Below, in pieces: positions 1 to 8,879 of a stretch of DNA of 64,000 bases. Location of the stretch: IMG/VR virus record IMGVR_UViG_3300045988_154953; one strand, written 5' to 3'. Origin of the DNA: a virus. The notes under the pieces were generated by a model that saw only the letters and a program-made list of their open reading frames with translations, searched no databases and was not told the DNA's origin. The translations under genes and the position numbers were made by a program. Numbering within the stretch: the first letter of the stretch is position 1; every line of letters begins with the position of its first letter.

Positions 1-76
1 TTACGTCAGAGAAAATTATGATATGAGGAAGCTGATTTAAGTAGATAAAACTAAATTTCAACAGGAGGATTAATTT

Positions 77-493
77 ATGAAAAGACAAATTAGACGCGGA
101 GTATTTGAAACAAATTCATCAAGTACTCATTCACTTACAATCTGCACCGAAGAAGAATTTGAACAGTGGAAAGAAGGAAAACTCCTTTTTAATGAATATA
201 ATAATACGCATTTTGTAAAAGCAAATAAATTATCGGATTATGATAAGAAATGTGCCGCTCAGCATTATGAAGATAATAAAGATGAATTTTACAAAGATTG
301 GTCGGATTTATCTCAGTCAGAAAAAGAAAAATATTATACAAAATATGCAAAAGAGAATTACATTGCAAATGAGGATGATGAAACTTATGAAGAATGGAGG
401 CACGATGATTACCTTGAAATTTTTGTAAGTAAATATACAAGTAAAAGTGGTGATAAAATCGTTGCATTTGGTAAATATGGATACGATGGTTAA
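77..493 (+). CDS. hypothetical phage protein (N-terminal GVFETNSSSTHS motif)
   Basis: 138-aa ORF with SD-like caggagga upstream of the ATG. First gene of a tightly packed co-directional + strand block. No family recognised. Confidence 0.55.
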   Translation: MKRQIRRGVFETNSSSTHSLTICTEEEFEQWKEGKLLFNEYNNTHFVKANKLSDYDKKCAAQHYEDNKDEFYKDWSDLSQSEKEKYYTKYAKENYIANEDDETYEEWRHDDYLEIFVSKYTSKSGDKIVAFGKYGYDG

Positions 494-516
494 TTTAGAT
501 TAGGAAGATTTTGAGA

Positions 517-1407
517 ATGGAATTATTAGGGAGATATAAGAATGGTAATTTTACGACTACCATCTTGAGTAATGGAACAAAGATCAGAGAGACAGACGAG
601 GATGAATTTATTCCAACTTTTGCAGAAAATATGGATATAAAAATAACAAATTTTTGTGATATTGGATGCCCATTCTGTCATGAAGGTAGTACAACATATG
701 GAAAGTTTGGGGATATTCTGAATGAGAAATTCATTGATACACTTCATCTGTATCAAGAAGTTGCTCTTGGTGGTGGTGATGCTACAAGTCATCCTGATTT
801 AATTCCATTTTTACAGAAACTCAAAGATAGAAAAGTTATTGTAAACATGACTGTTAATCAGATCCATTTTGAGAAGAAACAGGAACTTATTAGAAAACTT
901 GTTAATGAAAAACTTATCTATGGTCTTGGTGTATCTCTTGTAAATCCCACAGAAAATTTTATTAAACTCATTAAACAATATCCAAATGCAGTTATCCATG
1001 TAATCAATGGTGTATTAAAGCTATCAGATGTAGAAGCTTTGGAGAATAATAATCTGAAGATGCTGATTCTTGGATACAAACATCTCAGGCGTGGTGGTGA
1101 CTTTTATACAGAAGATCACGACAATATTGTAACTAAACAGAACTGGTTATATGAAAATCTTGTTAATATTATTGATAAGTTCAAGGTCGTTAGTTTTGAT
1201 AATCTTGCAATTGACCAGTTAAATGTCAAAAGATTAATGACTGATGAAGAGTGGAACGAGTTTTATATGGGAGATGATGGCACAATGACTTACTACATTG
1301 ATATGGTAGAACGTAAATTTGCGAAAAGTTCAACGGCTGCATTTGATAAGAGATACAATTTATTGGATTCAGTTGACGATATGTTTCAAAAAATTGTATC
1401 TGAGTAA
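517..1407 (+). CDS. radical SAM domain protein
   Basis: CDIGCPFC is a CX3CX2C cluster motif near the N-terminus, with a glycine-rich LGGGD motif downstream. The track ORF opens at TTG 511, but ATG 517 is better spaced from aggaag. Confidence 0.7.
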   Translation: MELLGRYKNGNFTTTILSNGTKIRETDEDEFIPTFAENMDIKITNFCDIGCPFCHEGSTTYGKFGDILNEKFIDTLHLYQEVALGGGDATSHPDLIPFLQKLKDRKVIVNMTVNQIHFEKKQELIRKLVNEKLIYGLGVSLVNPTENFIKLIKQYPNAVIHVINGVLKLSDVEALENNNLKMLILGYKHLRRGGDFYTEDHDNIVTKQNWLYENLVNIIDKFKVVSFDNLAIDQLNVKRLMTDEEWNEFYMGDDGTMTYYIDMVERKFAKSSTAAFDKRYNLLDSVDDMFQKIVSE

Positions 1408-1437
1408 AATTGCAACAGATGGATTAAGGAGTATTAA

Positions 1438-1800
1438 ATGGATTGGAGAAATAGAAAATATTACGTTGTTACATTTTGTTATAATTCATTTGACATGAGA
1501 ATGAGTTATTTAAAACTTATTCCTAATATTAAGTTTACATATTATAAAAATATTCCAAAACAAATAGATGAGGCTGAGGAACGTGGTAATTATCAATTTA
1601 TGATTGGTGTCCCTCATGATTTTTCTTCCACTGTTGAGTATGAATTGGAAAAAGCAGAAAGAAAAGATCTATATTGTGAATGGAAAGAGATTAAACAAGA
1701 TTTGTCTAAGAAATATCTGGATGTATTTGGCAATCCAATGCCTTATAGAAGATGTGATATAAATCCGAACAAAATGTGTAATCATTGTATGAATTGTTAA
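1438..1800 (+). CDS. hypothetical protein (C-terminal Cys cluster CNHCMNC)
   Basis: 120-aa ORF with SD aaggag upstream, in the co-directional block. Confidence 0.5.
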   Translation: MDWRNRKYYVVTFCYNSFDMRMSYLKLIPNIKFTYYKNIPKQIDEAEERGNYQFMIGVPHDFSSTVEYELEKAERKDLYCEWKEIKQDLSKKYLDVFGNPMPYRRCDINPNKMCNHCMNC

Positions 1801-1845
1801 AATTATTTTTTCATGTAGCGTCATATTCAGACGCATAGAGAGAGT

Positions 1846-2031
1846 ATGAATAATATTAAGAAAAATTCGAGAGGACTTAGAGCAGAATTAAAAGTTTATG
1901 ATGATTTCATAGTTGACAAGGAAGAGTCCGATAAAATTATAGAAGCATTTGCGAATATACCTGAGAAGTATATTGTGACATATGATACGTTATTATATAT
2001 GAGTTCTGCATTGAAAGAAGGTGATGAATAG
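1846..2031 (+). CDS. hypothetical protein
   Basis: 61-aa ORF with SD-like gagagag upstream, abutting the next gene. Confidence 0.4.
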   Translation: MNNIKKNSRGLRAELKVYDDFIVDKEESDKIIEAFANIPEKYIVTYDTLLYMSSALKEGDE

Positions 2032-2457
2032 ATGGAGGTATTGGCAAATACGAAATATCAAGATGTTTATAGAATCACAGATGGTGTATTACTTATTGTG
2101 AACAAGTTTTTGTATAAAGATTATTCTAAGAAAACTAAACGTATTGTAGAAGTCAATAACACTGGAAGAGACAATTGTAAAACATACAATAAAGGATGTC
2201 AGTCTTGTCTGAAAGAGTTGAAAAAAGATTATCTTGACACATATGCAACAGTAACAATTCCTAAAGGTACAGTTCTGTATCATGGTTATCCAGTAGAACC
2301 TACAACTAAACCAGAGAATTATATCTATGAGATCAAAACCACAGGAAATTCATTTGGCGGTGATTATAGTGAAGTAATGGATATGATTAATAATGTTTGT
2401 GAAGTTATGGATGAGAATAATTTTGCTGACAATTCATGTTTGAAAGGTGAAAAATAA
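2032..2457 (+). CDS. hypothetical protein
   Basis: 141-aa ORF whose start directly follows the previous stop. Its stop overlaps the next start (ATAATG). Confidence 0.5.
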   Translation: MEVLANTKYQDVYRITDGVLLIVNKFLYKDYSKKTKRIVEVNNTGRDNCKTYNKGCQSCLKELKKDYLDTYATVTIPKGTVLYHGYPVEPTTKPENYIYEIKTTGNSFGGDYSEVMDMINNVCEVMDENNFADNSCLKGEK

Positions 2458-3014
2458 TGTCTGATTTATATGTATATCTAATTCTTTCAAGAAACAAAGA
2501 TAACAAAGATATTCCTAATTTCAAAGAACGCGCAAAAACTATTTTAGAATATAAAGAAAACGAAGATAGAGTAATCAAAGAATTTCATAAGTTTGCAGCA
2601 GATGGAGTTCCAGGTGAAAGAGCAAGATTGTATCGTTCTGTAAATTCTAGAAACGAAGAAAAGATAAGAGAAGAACTTATTATTAAATTGCTGAGAGACA
2701 AACCAAGTATGACAAAATTAAATAAAACGTTAGCTTCTGTTGCACAGCAAGTCTATAACCGAGACGAAAGTAAATGGTTATTTGATTTTGATGTGGACGA
2801 TGAAGAAAAAGTAGATGATTTTGTTGACGATATTTACTTTTATTCTGAAATAGAAAGTCATGAATTACATAAAACACCACATGGTTACGCAATTGTAGTT
2901 CCTTATGGTTTCGATACAAGAGAGCTTATGGAGAAGTGGAAAAATTATGATATTACGTTGAAGAAAGACGAGTTATTATTTTTAGATATGATTGTGAATG
3001 CTACAAAAGTATAG
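2457..3014 (+). CDS. hypothetical protein
   Basis: 185-aa ORF translationally coupled to the upstream gene. No family recognised. Confidence 0.55.
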   Translation: MSDLYVYLILSRNKDNKDIPNFKERAKTILEYKENEDRVIKEFHKFAADGVPGERARLYRSVNSRNEEKIREELIIKLLRDKPSMTKLNKTLASVAQQVYNRDESKWLFDFDVDDEEKVDDFVDDIYFYSEIESHELHKTPHGYAIVVPYGFDTRELMEKWKNYDITLKKDELLFLDMIVNATKV

Positions 3015-3026
3015 AGGTGAAACATA

Positions 3027-3233
3027 TTGGTAAGTTTACCTAAGAAACCAAGCGCAATACCTTTAGAATATAGAGATGATTGCTGTTTAAGATGCATAAA
3101 ATCTGATGTGTGTAAATACAAAGAACAATTCAAAAATGCTCGTTATATTATGAAAAAGGCACTAGAAGGAAACAATTCTTTCTCTCAGCTGTTAGATATT
3201 GTAGATATTACGTGTAAGAAAATAAAGTTTTGA
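3027..3233 (+). CDS. hypothetical Cys-rich small protein
   Basis: 68-aa ORF with a TTG start 6 nt after gaggtga. Confidence 0.4.
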   Translation: MVSLPKKPSAIPLEYRDDCCLRCIKSDVCKYKEQFKNARYIMKKALEGNNSFSQLLDIVDITCKKIKF

Positions 3234-3234
3234 G

Positions 3235-3471
3235 GTGATGAACGTTTTATATTACATAATTTTTGTAGTGGTAATGATTTATTTTATTTTAAAATGTTTA
3301 TACGTTGTTGCAGCACACAATAAGCATTTACAGAAATTTTATTGTAAAATTGGTTGGCACTGTTATTATGATGATTATATTTTTCTGGATTATGACGGTA
3401 AAAATTATTATTGTAAATGTAAATGGTGTGGTAAGGAAGGTATCCTGGATGATCAGGGTAAATTATTTTAG
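3235..3471 (+). CDS. small membrane-anchored Cys-rich protein
   Basis: 78-aa ORF with a hydrophobic N-terminal helix (YYIIFVVVMIYFIL) and a C-terminal CKCKWCG motif. Confidence 0.45.
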   Translation: MMNVLYYIIFVVVMIYFILKCLYVVAAHNKHLQKFYCKIGWHCYYDDYIFLDYDGKNYYCKCKWCGKEGILDDQGKLF

Positions 3472-3515
3472 ATAAAGCATGTGATACTAGAAAAGATATA
3501 CAAAAAATTTAATTT

Positions 3516-3555
3516 AAAAGGCGACTGTAAAGAGCTTTTGAACCAGTCGCCTTTT
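3516..3555 (+). terminator. rho-independent terminator
   Basis: The stem aaaaggcgactg / cagtcgcctttt pairs perfectly and ends in TTTT, just after the 3235..3471 gene. Confidence 0.65.
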
Positions 3556-3570
3556 GGAGAATATGTTACA

Positions 3571-3604
3571 TTGATAGTATAACATTTGAATAATATATTA
3601 TTCA
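3571..3604 (+). promoter_or_regulatory. sigma-A type promoter with overlapping palindromic operator
   Basis: TTGATA (3571-3576), a 17-nt spacer, then TATATT (3594-3599). A perfect 18-nt palindrome tgaataatatattattca (3587-3604) covers the -10. Confidence 0.5.
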
Positions 3605-3652
3605 ATAGAATTTCAAAATTACAATATAAGAAATGGTAAAGAAAGGAATAAT

Positions 3653-4159
3653 ATGAAGGTTGCATTAACTGGTCATAGACCAGAAAGATTGGGGATGCCT
3701 GATAATGAATTAGATGATAAATGGAATAAAATAAGAGATTGGATTGTAAATAATCTTATACAAATGTTTCAGACAACACTGCTAGAAGATGATTCATTAG
3801 ATGTATATTGCGGAATGGCTACTGGAAGCGACATCTTATTTGGAATGAGTTCTGTTTTTCTAAAAATAGATATTGTTCCTCTGAAGTTACATTGTGTGCT
3901 TCCATGTAAAAATTACAATTCTTCACACAAATATTATAACGATATTAAGCTTCTTGCAGACGAATGGATAGAACTGTCAGAAGAGTTCTATAAAGGTTGT
4001 GATAATGTGAGAGATCAGTACATGGTTGATCACTGTGATGTATTATTGGCTATTTGGGATGGTAATAAATCTGGTGGTGTTTGGTCTACAATTCGAAAAG
4101 TACAAAAAGCTGGAAAACAAATTATATATTGTCCTAAAGAAATAGTAACGGGAGAATAG
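3653..4159 (+). CDS. DUF1273/YoqJ-like SLOG-fold protein (tentative)
   Basis: N-terminal LTGHRPERLG motif and C-terminal LLAIWDGNKSGG motif resemble the DUF1273 family. Confidence 0.45.
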   Translation: MKVALTGHRPERLGMPDNELDDKWNKIRDWIVNNLIQMFQTTLLEDDSLDVYCGMATGSDILFGMSSVFLKIDIVPLKLHCVLPCKNYNSSHKYYNDIKLLADEWIELSEEFYKGCDNVRDQYMVDHCDVLLAIWDGNKSGGVWSTIRKVQKAGKQIIYCPKEIVTGE

Positions 4160-4162
4160 TAG

Positions 4163-4501
4163 ATGAAGAAAGAATTAATAAAAGTATGGAAAGCAAAAGA
4201 ATTTGTTGGAGATTCTTATATTTTGGAAGATGAAGACATTGTTCTGAATTCTATTAAAGTATATAAAAATGTTGATTTTAACATTATTGGTCTGATGTGT
4301 TTTGATATATCTTTTGATAATAAGAGCATGGGCTATAAAATAATTGTCAAAGGAATACCGAGTGCATACACAATTATATATCAGGTTGTTATAGAAGGAT
4401 ACAAAATAAACATATCCGCAAATGATTTACCAAAATATAAGGATAAAAACGATAACATTACAATATGTTTTGACAATGAATTGAATGTTATAGAAAGATG
4501 A
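4163..4501 (+). CDS. hypothetical protein
   Basis: 112-aa ORF, tightly spaced in the operon. Confidence 0.5.
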   Translation: MKKELIKVWKAKEFVGDSYILEDEDIVLNSIKVYKNVDFNIIGLMCFDISFDNKSMGYKIIVKGIPSAYTIIYQVVIEGYKINISANDLPKYKDKNDNITICFDNELNVIER

Positions 4502-4505
4502 AATA

Positions 4506-4973
4506 ATGTTTATATTAAAAATTGTTCTTTTAACACTGATTATATACTCTACAATTTCAACATTGGTTTTTATTCTGTCGAAAGAGAATGAGAAAATTAT
4601 TACATTCTTTGGTTTAGGAGTTGTTGGAACAATATTATATTTTATTTGCAGAACTATCTGTAAAATACGAAACTATTTCAAATATCATTATAAAAAACGA
4701 TCTATATTCCAGGATAAGACTGGTGATAAATATATTTGTAGTGTAGACGAAGCATCTGACATAATGTGCCTTCAATCATATAAAATGATAAAAAGATACG
4801 CCCATCAATCAGAGTGGGAGGGATTGCCAGAAATACCGAAGGATGTAATATTACAGAGTAAACGAACTTGTAAATACTGTAAATATGATGATATGTGTGG
4901 AGAAGAATATGATTATATTTTATGTAATCGCTCAGAAAATGGAATAGAATATGATAAATTTGAAAAGAAATGA
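4506..4973 (+). CDS. membrane-anchored Cys-rich hypothetical protein
   Basis: Two N-terminal hydrophobic helices and C-terminal CKYCKYDDMCG. Confidence 0.5.
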   Translation: MFILKIVLLTLIIYSTISTLVFILSKENEKIITFFGLGVVGTILYFICRTICKIRNYFKYHYKKRSIFQDKTGDKYICSVDEASDIMCLQSYKMIKRYAHQSEWEGLPEIPKDVILQSKRTCKYCKYDDMCGEEYDYILCNRSENGIEYDKFEKK

Positions 4974-4983
4974 GGTAGACTAT

Positions 4984-5313
4984 ATGCGACTTTTTTATTG
5001 TCCTAGATGCCAGCGAGAGCAGAAATTAACGTCCAATCCATATAAGAGGGAAGAAACGATAATAAATATCAGAGACGGCTATGGACGGCCAATACGGCAC
5101 TATAAATGCGAATGTGGCTACTATTTGGCGGGTAGCATGGACATAAGTGGGTACGATGAAAGTGATATTTCATACGCTAAAAATGTTATCTCTCTCTACA
5201 GTAATCTCAATTCTAACTCTGATTCTGGCTATGTTATTAGCAGCTTTTCTTTATCAAATACTAATCTATATGAACAGGCCAAAGCTGCCTATGAAAGAAG
5301 TCATCAAAAATAA
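4984..5313 (+). CDS. zinc-ribbon hypothetical protein
   Basis: CPRC..CEC motifs. ATG 4984 follows SD gaggtag, whereas the track start 4951 overlaps the upstream gene. Confidence 0.45.
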   Translation: MRLFYCPRCQREQKLTSNPYKREETIINIRDGYGRPIRHYKCECGYYLAGSMDISGYDESDISYAKNVISLYSNLNSNSDSGYVISSFSLSNTNLYEQAKAAYERSHQK

Positions 5314-5327
5314 GGAGACAATTTGTT

Positions 5328-5618
5328 ATGGGTTTTACTAAACAACAACGTATAAATGAAGCAATAGAACTACTCACAACACATGGCTATATTGTGAGGC
5401 AAGACTTCTCTTCATTTATTGGCAAATGGGTATCTTTTTTGAAACCAGGAATGTTACCGGTATTACATGGGAGAGTTATAGATGAAATTGGAAAAGATGA
5501 TGCTATATTCAAAGTTAAATGCAAGAATAGTTGTTATCGATTCGTACATATGGATAATGTAATCGAGTTTCATGATAATAAACAAGATTGCTATGCCATT
5601 AAAAATAAATGGAATTAA
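5328..5618 (+). CDS. hypothetical protein
   Basis: 96-aa ORF with SD aaggag upstream. The N-terminal EAIELLTTHGYIV motif recurs in the 6320..6493 ORF. Confidence 0.5.
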   Translation: MGFTKQQRINEAIELLTTHGYIVRQDFSSFIGKWVSFLKPGMLPVLHGRVIDEIGKDDAIFKVKCKNSCYRFVHMDNVIEFHDNKQDCYAIKNKWN

Positions 5619-5634
5619 GAGGATGTGATAAAAT

Positions 5635-5898
5635 ATGAGTTTTACTAAAAACTTTCCAGTTGATACTGGAACATTTGTAATTGTAGATTACGAAAATATT
5701 GATTTGAGAAATCCTAAAGAATTGCTTGGCAAAGTAGGTACAATAGCTGCTTATCAATGTGTAACAAAAAAAGAAGATATTTATATTGTAATGGTCTCTG
5801 GATATAAAGATTCATGGTGTGGCGAATATTTGCTTGATAAATGTTTGATAGCAACTGATGAACAAATTAAATTATATAAGAAAGAAATGGGAATATAA
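5635..5898 (+). CDS. hypothetical protein
   Basis: 87-aa ORF with SD-like gaggatg upstream. Confidence 0.5.
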   Translation: MSFTKNFPVDTGTFVIVDYENIDLRNPKELLGKVGTIAAYQCVTKKEDIYIVMVSGYKDSWCGEYLLDKCLIATDEQIKLYKKEMGI

Positions 5899-5900
5899 GT

Positions 5901-6137
5901 ATGGAAATAATTATTAAAGATGTGCCAGTATTTATTACAATAAGACAACGTTGTGATAAATGCAAAAAAGGTGATATGGAACGTACAAATCCGTATATTA
6001 CATTAACAACGTATCCAGCACAATATACACATAAATGTACTAATTGCGGCTGCGTTGAACATTATACAAAAAGTTATCCTTATTCTCAAGTTATTTCAGA
6101 AGCAGAATATAATAAAATAATGCATGATAAAGCTTGA
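5901..6137 (+). CDS. zinc-ribbon hypothetical protein
   Basis: CDKC..CTNCGC motifs, directly abutting the upstream gene. Confidence 0.45.
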   Translation: MEIIIKDVPVFITIRQRCDKCKKGDMERTNPYITLTTYPAQYTHKCTNCGCVEHYTKSYPYSQVISEAEYNKIMHDKA

Positions 6138-6147
6138 AGGAGTAAAT

Positions 6148-6336
6148 ATGTGTGAGTTATGTAATGATGAATCAAGTAGTTGTGAAGTATTTTATAATGA
6201 CATATTAGGAGAATACTATTTAGATGTTGAGACAATGCAATGGGATGATTATGATGATGAATTCTTACATATAAAAATAAATATTTCGTATTGTCCATAT
6301 TGCGGAAGGAAATTAAACAATGAGAGAAAAGAATAA
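6148..6336 (+). CDS. zinc-ribbon hypothetical protein
   Basis: CELC..CPYCG motifs. ATG 6148 lies 7 nt after aaggag, in frame with the track ORF at 6124. Confidence 0.45.
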   Translation: MCELCNDESSSCEVFYNDILGEYYLDVETMQWDDYDDEFLHIKINISYCPYCGRKLNNERKE

Positions 6337-6493
6337 AAATATTCTGGAGGCAATCGATCTATTAAAATCTAATGGATATTTTGTAATAAAGAAGCCGAAG
6401 AAAATATGTAAAACGGCTGAACGTTGCAGTGAGTTTGGTTGTGGTGAATGTTTAGATTGCAATTGTTTTGTATGTCTTTTAGGTAACGAGTAA
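6320..6493 (+). CDS. small Cys-rich hypothetical protein (57 aa, below the track cutoff)
   Basis: Hand translation gives MRENKNILEAIDLLKSNGYFVIKK...CGECLDCNCFVCLLGNE. It shares the EAIxLLxxxGY motif with the 5328 ORF and overlaps the preceding stop. Confidence 0.4.
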   Translation: MREKNKNILEAIDLLKSNGYFVIKKPKKICKTAERCSEFGCGECLDCNCFVCLLGNE

Positions 6494-6744
6494 AACATAT
6501 ATGAGGTAAAAAGAATCGAAAAGCTGCGATGCTGAAAAGATGAAGGTGAAGGCTAGATGTAAAGATCTAGTCAACTGATGAGCGTATGGATTGAAACTCT
6601 GATGAGAATATAATATCCAGGAACAACCCTCGACCTTAACATATAATGATGAAGGATAATGATGCTCTCATAGAATACAGAAAATGAATGTATTCTTAAT
6701 TAAAACTATAATGGAGGATTGGAATAGAGTTTTGGAAATTAGAA

Positions 6745-6776
6745 AACCACACTCATATTTTAGAGTGTGGTTATTG
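6745..6776 (+). terminator. terminator-like hairpin ending the early + block
   Basis: 10-bp stem aaccacactc / gagtgtggtt with an 8-nt loop, followed by ttatt. Confidence 0.45.
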
Positions 6777-7233
6777 AGAAAAAAGGAAACTAAATATGAC
6801 AATATATAGAATAGAATCATTTAGAATTGTGTTTATCTTTAGAAACCATGGTAGTTATGTATTTGACTTTCTCATCAGAAAGTTCAGGATGTTTACAGAT
6901 GTGGATTATTGTGAACATTTTCAATCCTAAATATCCTAAATAACAAATACTAACAGGTTCAAAGATTTTAATAATTTGTGTTAGTGTTTCTAACAACTCT
7001 ACCCTCCCTTCTTTATAGTATTTCATAAAAGTTGGGGAATTGTACGCCCAGAATAGGGCAAAGATATTTAATTTCCAAAGCGTACCATACTACAAACTGG
7101 TACTTCGTATGATATACAATATCGGGCATTCTGGCGTGCAACTTATAAAAGATACGATAGCTTCTATACGATCAGCTTGGTATTAGTATATCATACAGAA
7201 TAATCAAAGTGAAGAATTTAAAGGAGACGAACA

Positions 7234-7500
7234 ATGAAGAAATTTTTGCTTGGTACATTTTTAGTACTTTCGATTGGATTAACTGGTTGTCAAACGGCAG
7301 CTAAAAACTTTGGTGGCTCTATAACAATTGATCTTGATCCAAATCAGAAACTAGAAGAGATCACATGGAAAGATGATGATTTATGGTATCTTACAAGACC
7401 AATGACATCAGATGACAATGCAGAAACACATACATTTCAGCAGTCAAAAGATCTCGGTGTGTTTGAAGGAACTGTAACCATTGTAGAGCATAAGAAATAA
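7234..7500 (+). CDS. phage-encoded lipoprotein
   Basis: Signal peptide MKKFLLGTFLVLSIGLTGC carries the lipobox LTGC. SD aaaggaga upstream. Confidence 0.7.
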   Translation: MKKFLLGTFLVLSIGLTGCQTAAKNFGGSITIDLDPNQKLEEITWKDDDLWYLTRPMTSDDNAETHTFQQSKDLGVFEGTVTIVEHKK

Positions 7501-7539
7501 ACAAGAGAAGAAGGCTAATTTAAATATTAAAAATAAGAG

Positions 7540-8103
7540 GTGATTAAAATAGAGACAGAATGTTATATTAACTACGATACAGGAAGTACACATCAAGCAA
7601 ATTCTTATTGTTGTTCAAATGGAATTAAAATTATAAAAAACAACTATAATAAATCAAATTTAAGCGGAGTATTAGAATTACCGAAAAGAATTCGTACACT
7701 CTGTGAGAATTGTGATTCTGAGTTAGAGATTACAGAAAAAGACGCACATGTTGGATGGTTAGGATTGAAATATATTACTTGTCCATGTTGTGGCAAAGAA
7801 AGCTGCGTTGAAGAATTAGAAGAAACCAATATCACAAAAGATAATATTAAATTTCCTACACATTTTCGAAGAGTTGTAAAAACTAATCGTGGTACTGTCG
7901 ATATAAAAGAAGATGAGATAAATAAAAATATTCAAAAAGGGATAGAGTATCTTAGAAATAACAAAAATGAATTTTATTACTATACGCAATTTGGCGATTT
8001 ATTTCTAATTATATTCAGATATGAAGACGATGAAGAGTATACTATTATGATAACAAAAGATTACTATGAAGCTAACGCATCTTTTAAATATGAAGATTTT
8101 TAG
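7540..8103 (+). CDS. hypothetical zinc-ribbon protein
   Basis: 187-aa ORF with a GTG start after aagagg, and CENC..CPCCG motifs. Confidence 0.5.
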   Translation: MIKIETECYINYDTGSTHQANSYCCSNGIKIIKNNYNKSNLSGVLELPKRIRTLCENCDSELEITEKDAHVGWLGLKYITCPCCGKESCVEELEETNITKDNIKFPTHFRRVVKTNRGTVDIKEDEINKNIQKGIEYLRNNKNEFYYYTQFGDLFLIIFRYEDDEEYTIMITKDYYEANASFKYEDF

Positions 8104-8116
8104 AAAGTGTGATAAT

Positions 8117-8377
8117 ATGATTATGATTAATTTAGACTGTCTTGAAACAGCTAGTAAACTTGTATCAATGTGCGAAAAGTATAAAGATCAGATGGACATG
8201 GATGTGATATATGGTAGGTATGTTATTGATGCTTGTAGCATTCTTGCCGTAACCTCTCTTGTAGGAAATATTGTAAAAATTCAAGCAAATTGTAACGACA
8301 ATTCTTCACTTCAGTCTCTTAAAAATGATATTATTTCAATTGGCGGTTGGGTTCCAATACAATTCAAAAAAGAATGA
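8117..8377 (+). CDS. hypothetical protein, weak HPr-like resemblance
   Basis: DVIYGRYVIDACSILAVTSLVG resembles the KSIMGVMSLG region of the HPr family. The start is chosen at the first ATG after the upstream stop. Confidence 0.3.
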   Translation: MIMINLDCLETASKLVSMCEKYKDQMDMDVIYGRYVIDACSILAVTSLVGNIVKIQANCNDNSSLQSLKNDIISIGGWVPIQFKKE

Positions 8378-8406
8378 AAATTTTACAGAAATTGTGCGAC
8401 AACTTG

Positions 8407-8435
8407 TTGACAAACTATTATGTAAATGTTATAAT
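8407..8435 (+). promoter_or_regulatory. consensus sigma-A promoter
   Basis: TTGACA (8407-8412), a 17-nt spacer ending in TGT (extended -10), then TATAAT (8430-8435). Confidence 0.7.
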
Positions 8436-8472
8436 AACTATAACAGCATAAAGCTGTTAAATAAAACAACGG

Positions 8473-8490
8473 AAACTAATCAATATAATT
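8473..8490 (+). repeat. copy of recurring motif AAACTAATCAAT(A/T)TAAT
   Basis: aaactaatcaatataatt lies in the 5' UTR of the 8519 gene. Related copies are at 22175, 22263 and 22761. Confidence 0.6.
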
Positions 8491-8518
8491 TTACAACATT
8501 GAAAGAAAGGATGCTTTA

Positions 8519-8866
8519 ATGAAAAAAAATGAATTATTAACAGCCGATGTTGTTCTTAGCTCAAAGGGCAGCTATGGTATTGTACTTAAAAACACATCAA
8601 AAGGTGATTTGATCAAATGGTTTAGAAACAAGAAAGATGAAGTTATTCATAAATTTCGATCATTTGACATGTTAAATGATGACTTGTCTTTCAAATATGA
8701 TTCAGATAATAGAATCATCAAAGTATATAGAATTACAGATCCGCATGATATGACAACTCAGGCTGCTATTGATGATAAGTATTTGATCTGGGAAGAACAA
8801 ATTAAAGAAGTTACTATGGCTGAGCTTGAAGAAAAGTTTGGCTGCAAAGTAAAAATTGTAAAGTAG
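8519..8866 (+). CDS. hypothetical protein
   Basis: 115-aa ORF downstream of the consensus promoter, with SD aaagg 8 nt upstream. Confidence 0.55.
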   Translation: MKKNELLTADVVLSSKGSYGIVLKNTSKGDLIKWFRNKKDEVIHKFRSFDMLNDDLSFKYDSDNRIIKVYRITDPHDMTTQAAIDDKYLIWEEQIKEVTMAELEEKFGCKVKIVK

Positions 8867-8879
8867 AAAGGAAGAGATA

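Noticed and set aside
6575-6612. Two CUGAUGAG strings that resemble the hammerhead ribozyme core
   Set aside because: Neither is followed by a pairable stem II closed by CGAAA, and no stem I/III arrangement or cleavage-site context could be drawn.
6817-7026. Lone 69-aa minus-strand ORF inside the + strand early region
   Set aside because: No SD precedes its ATG, its orientation is isolated, and its composition is AT-rich. It is kept only as part of the coding-desert observation.
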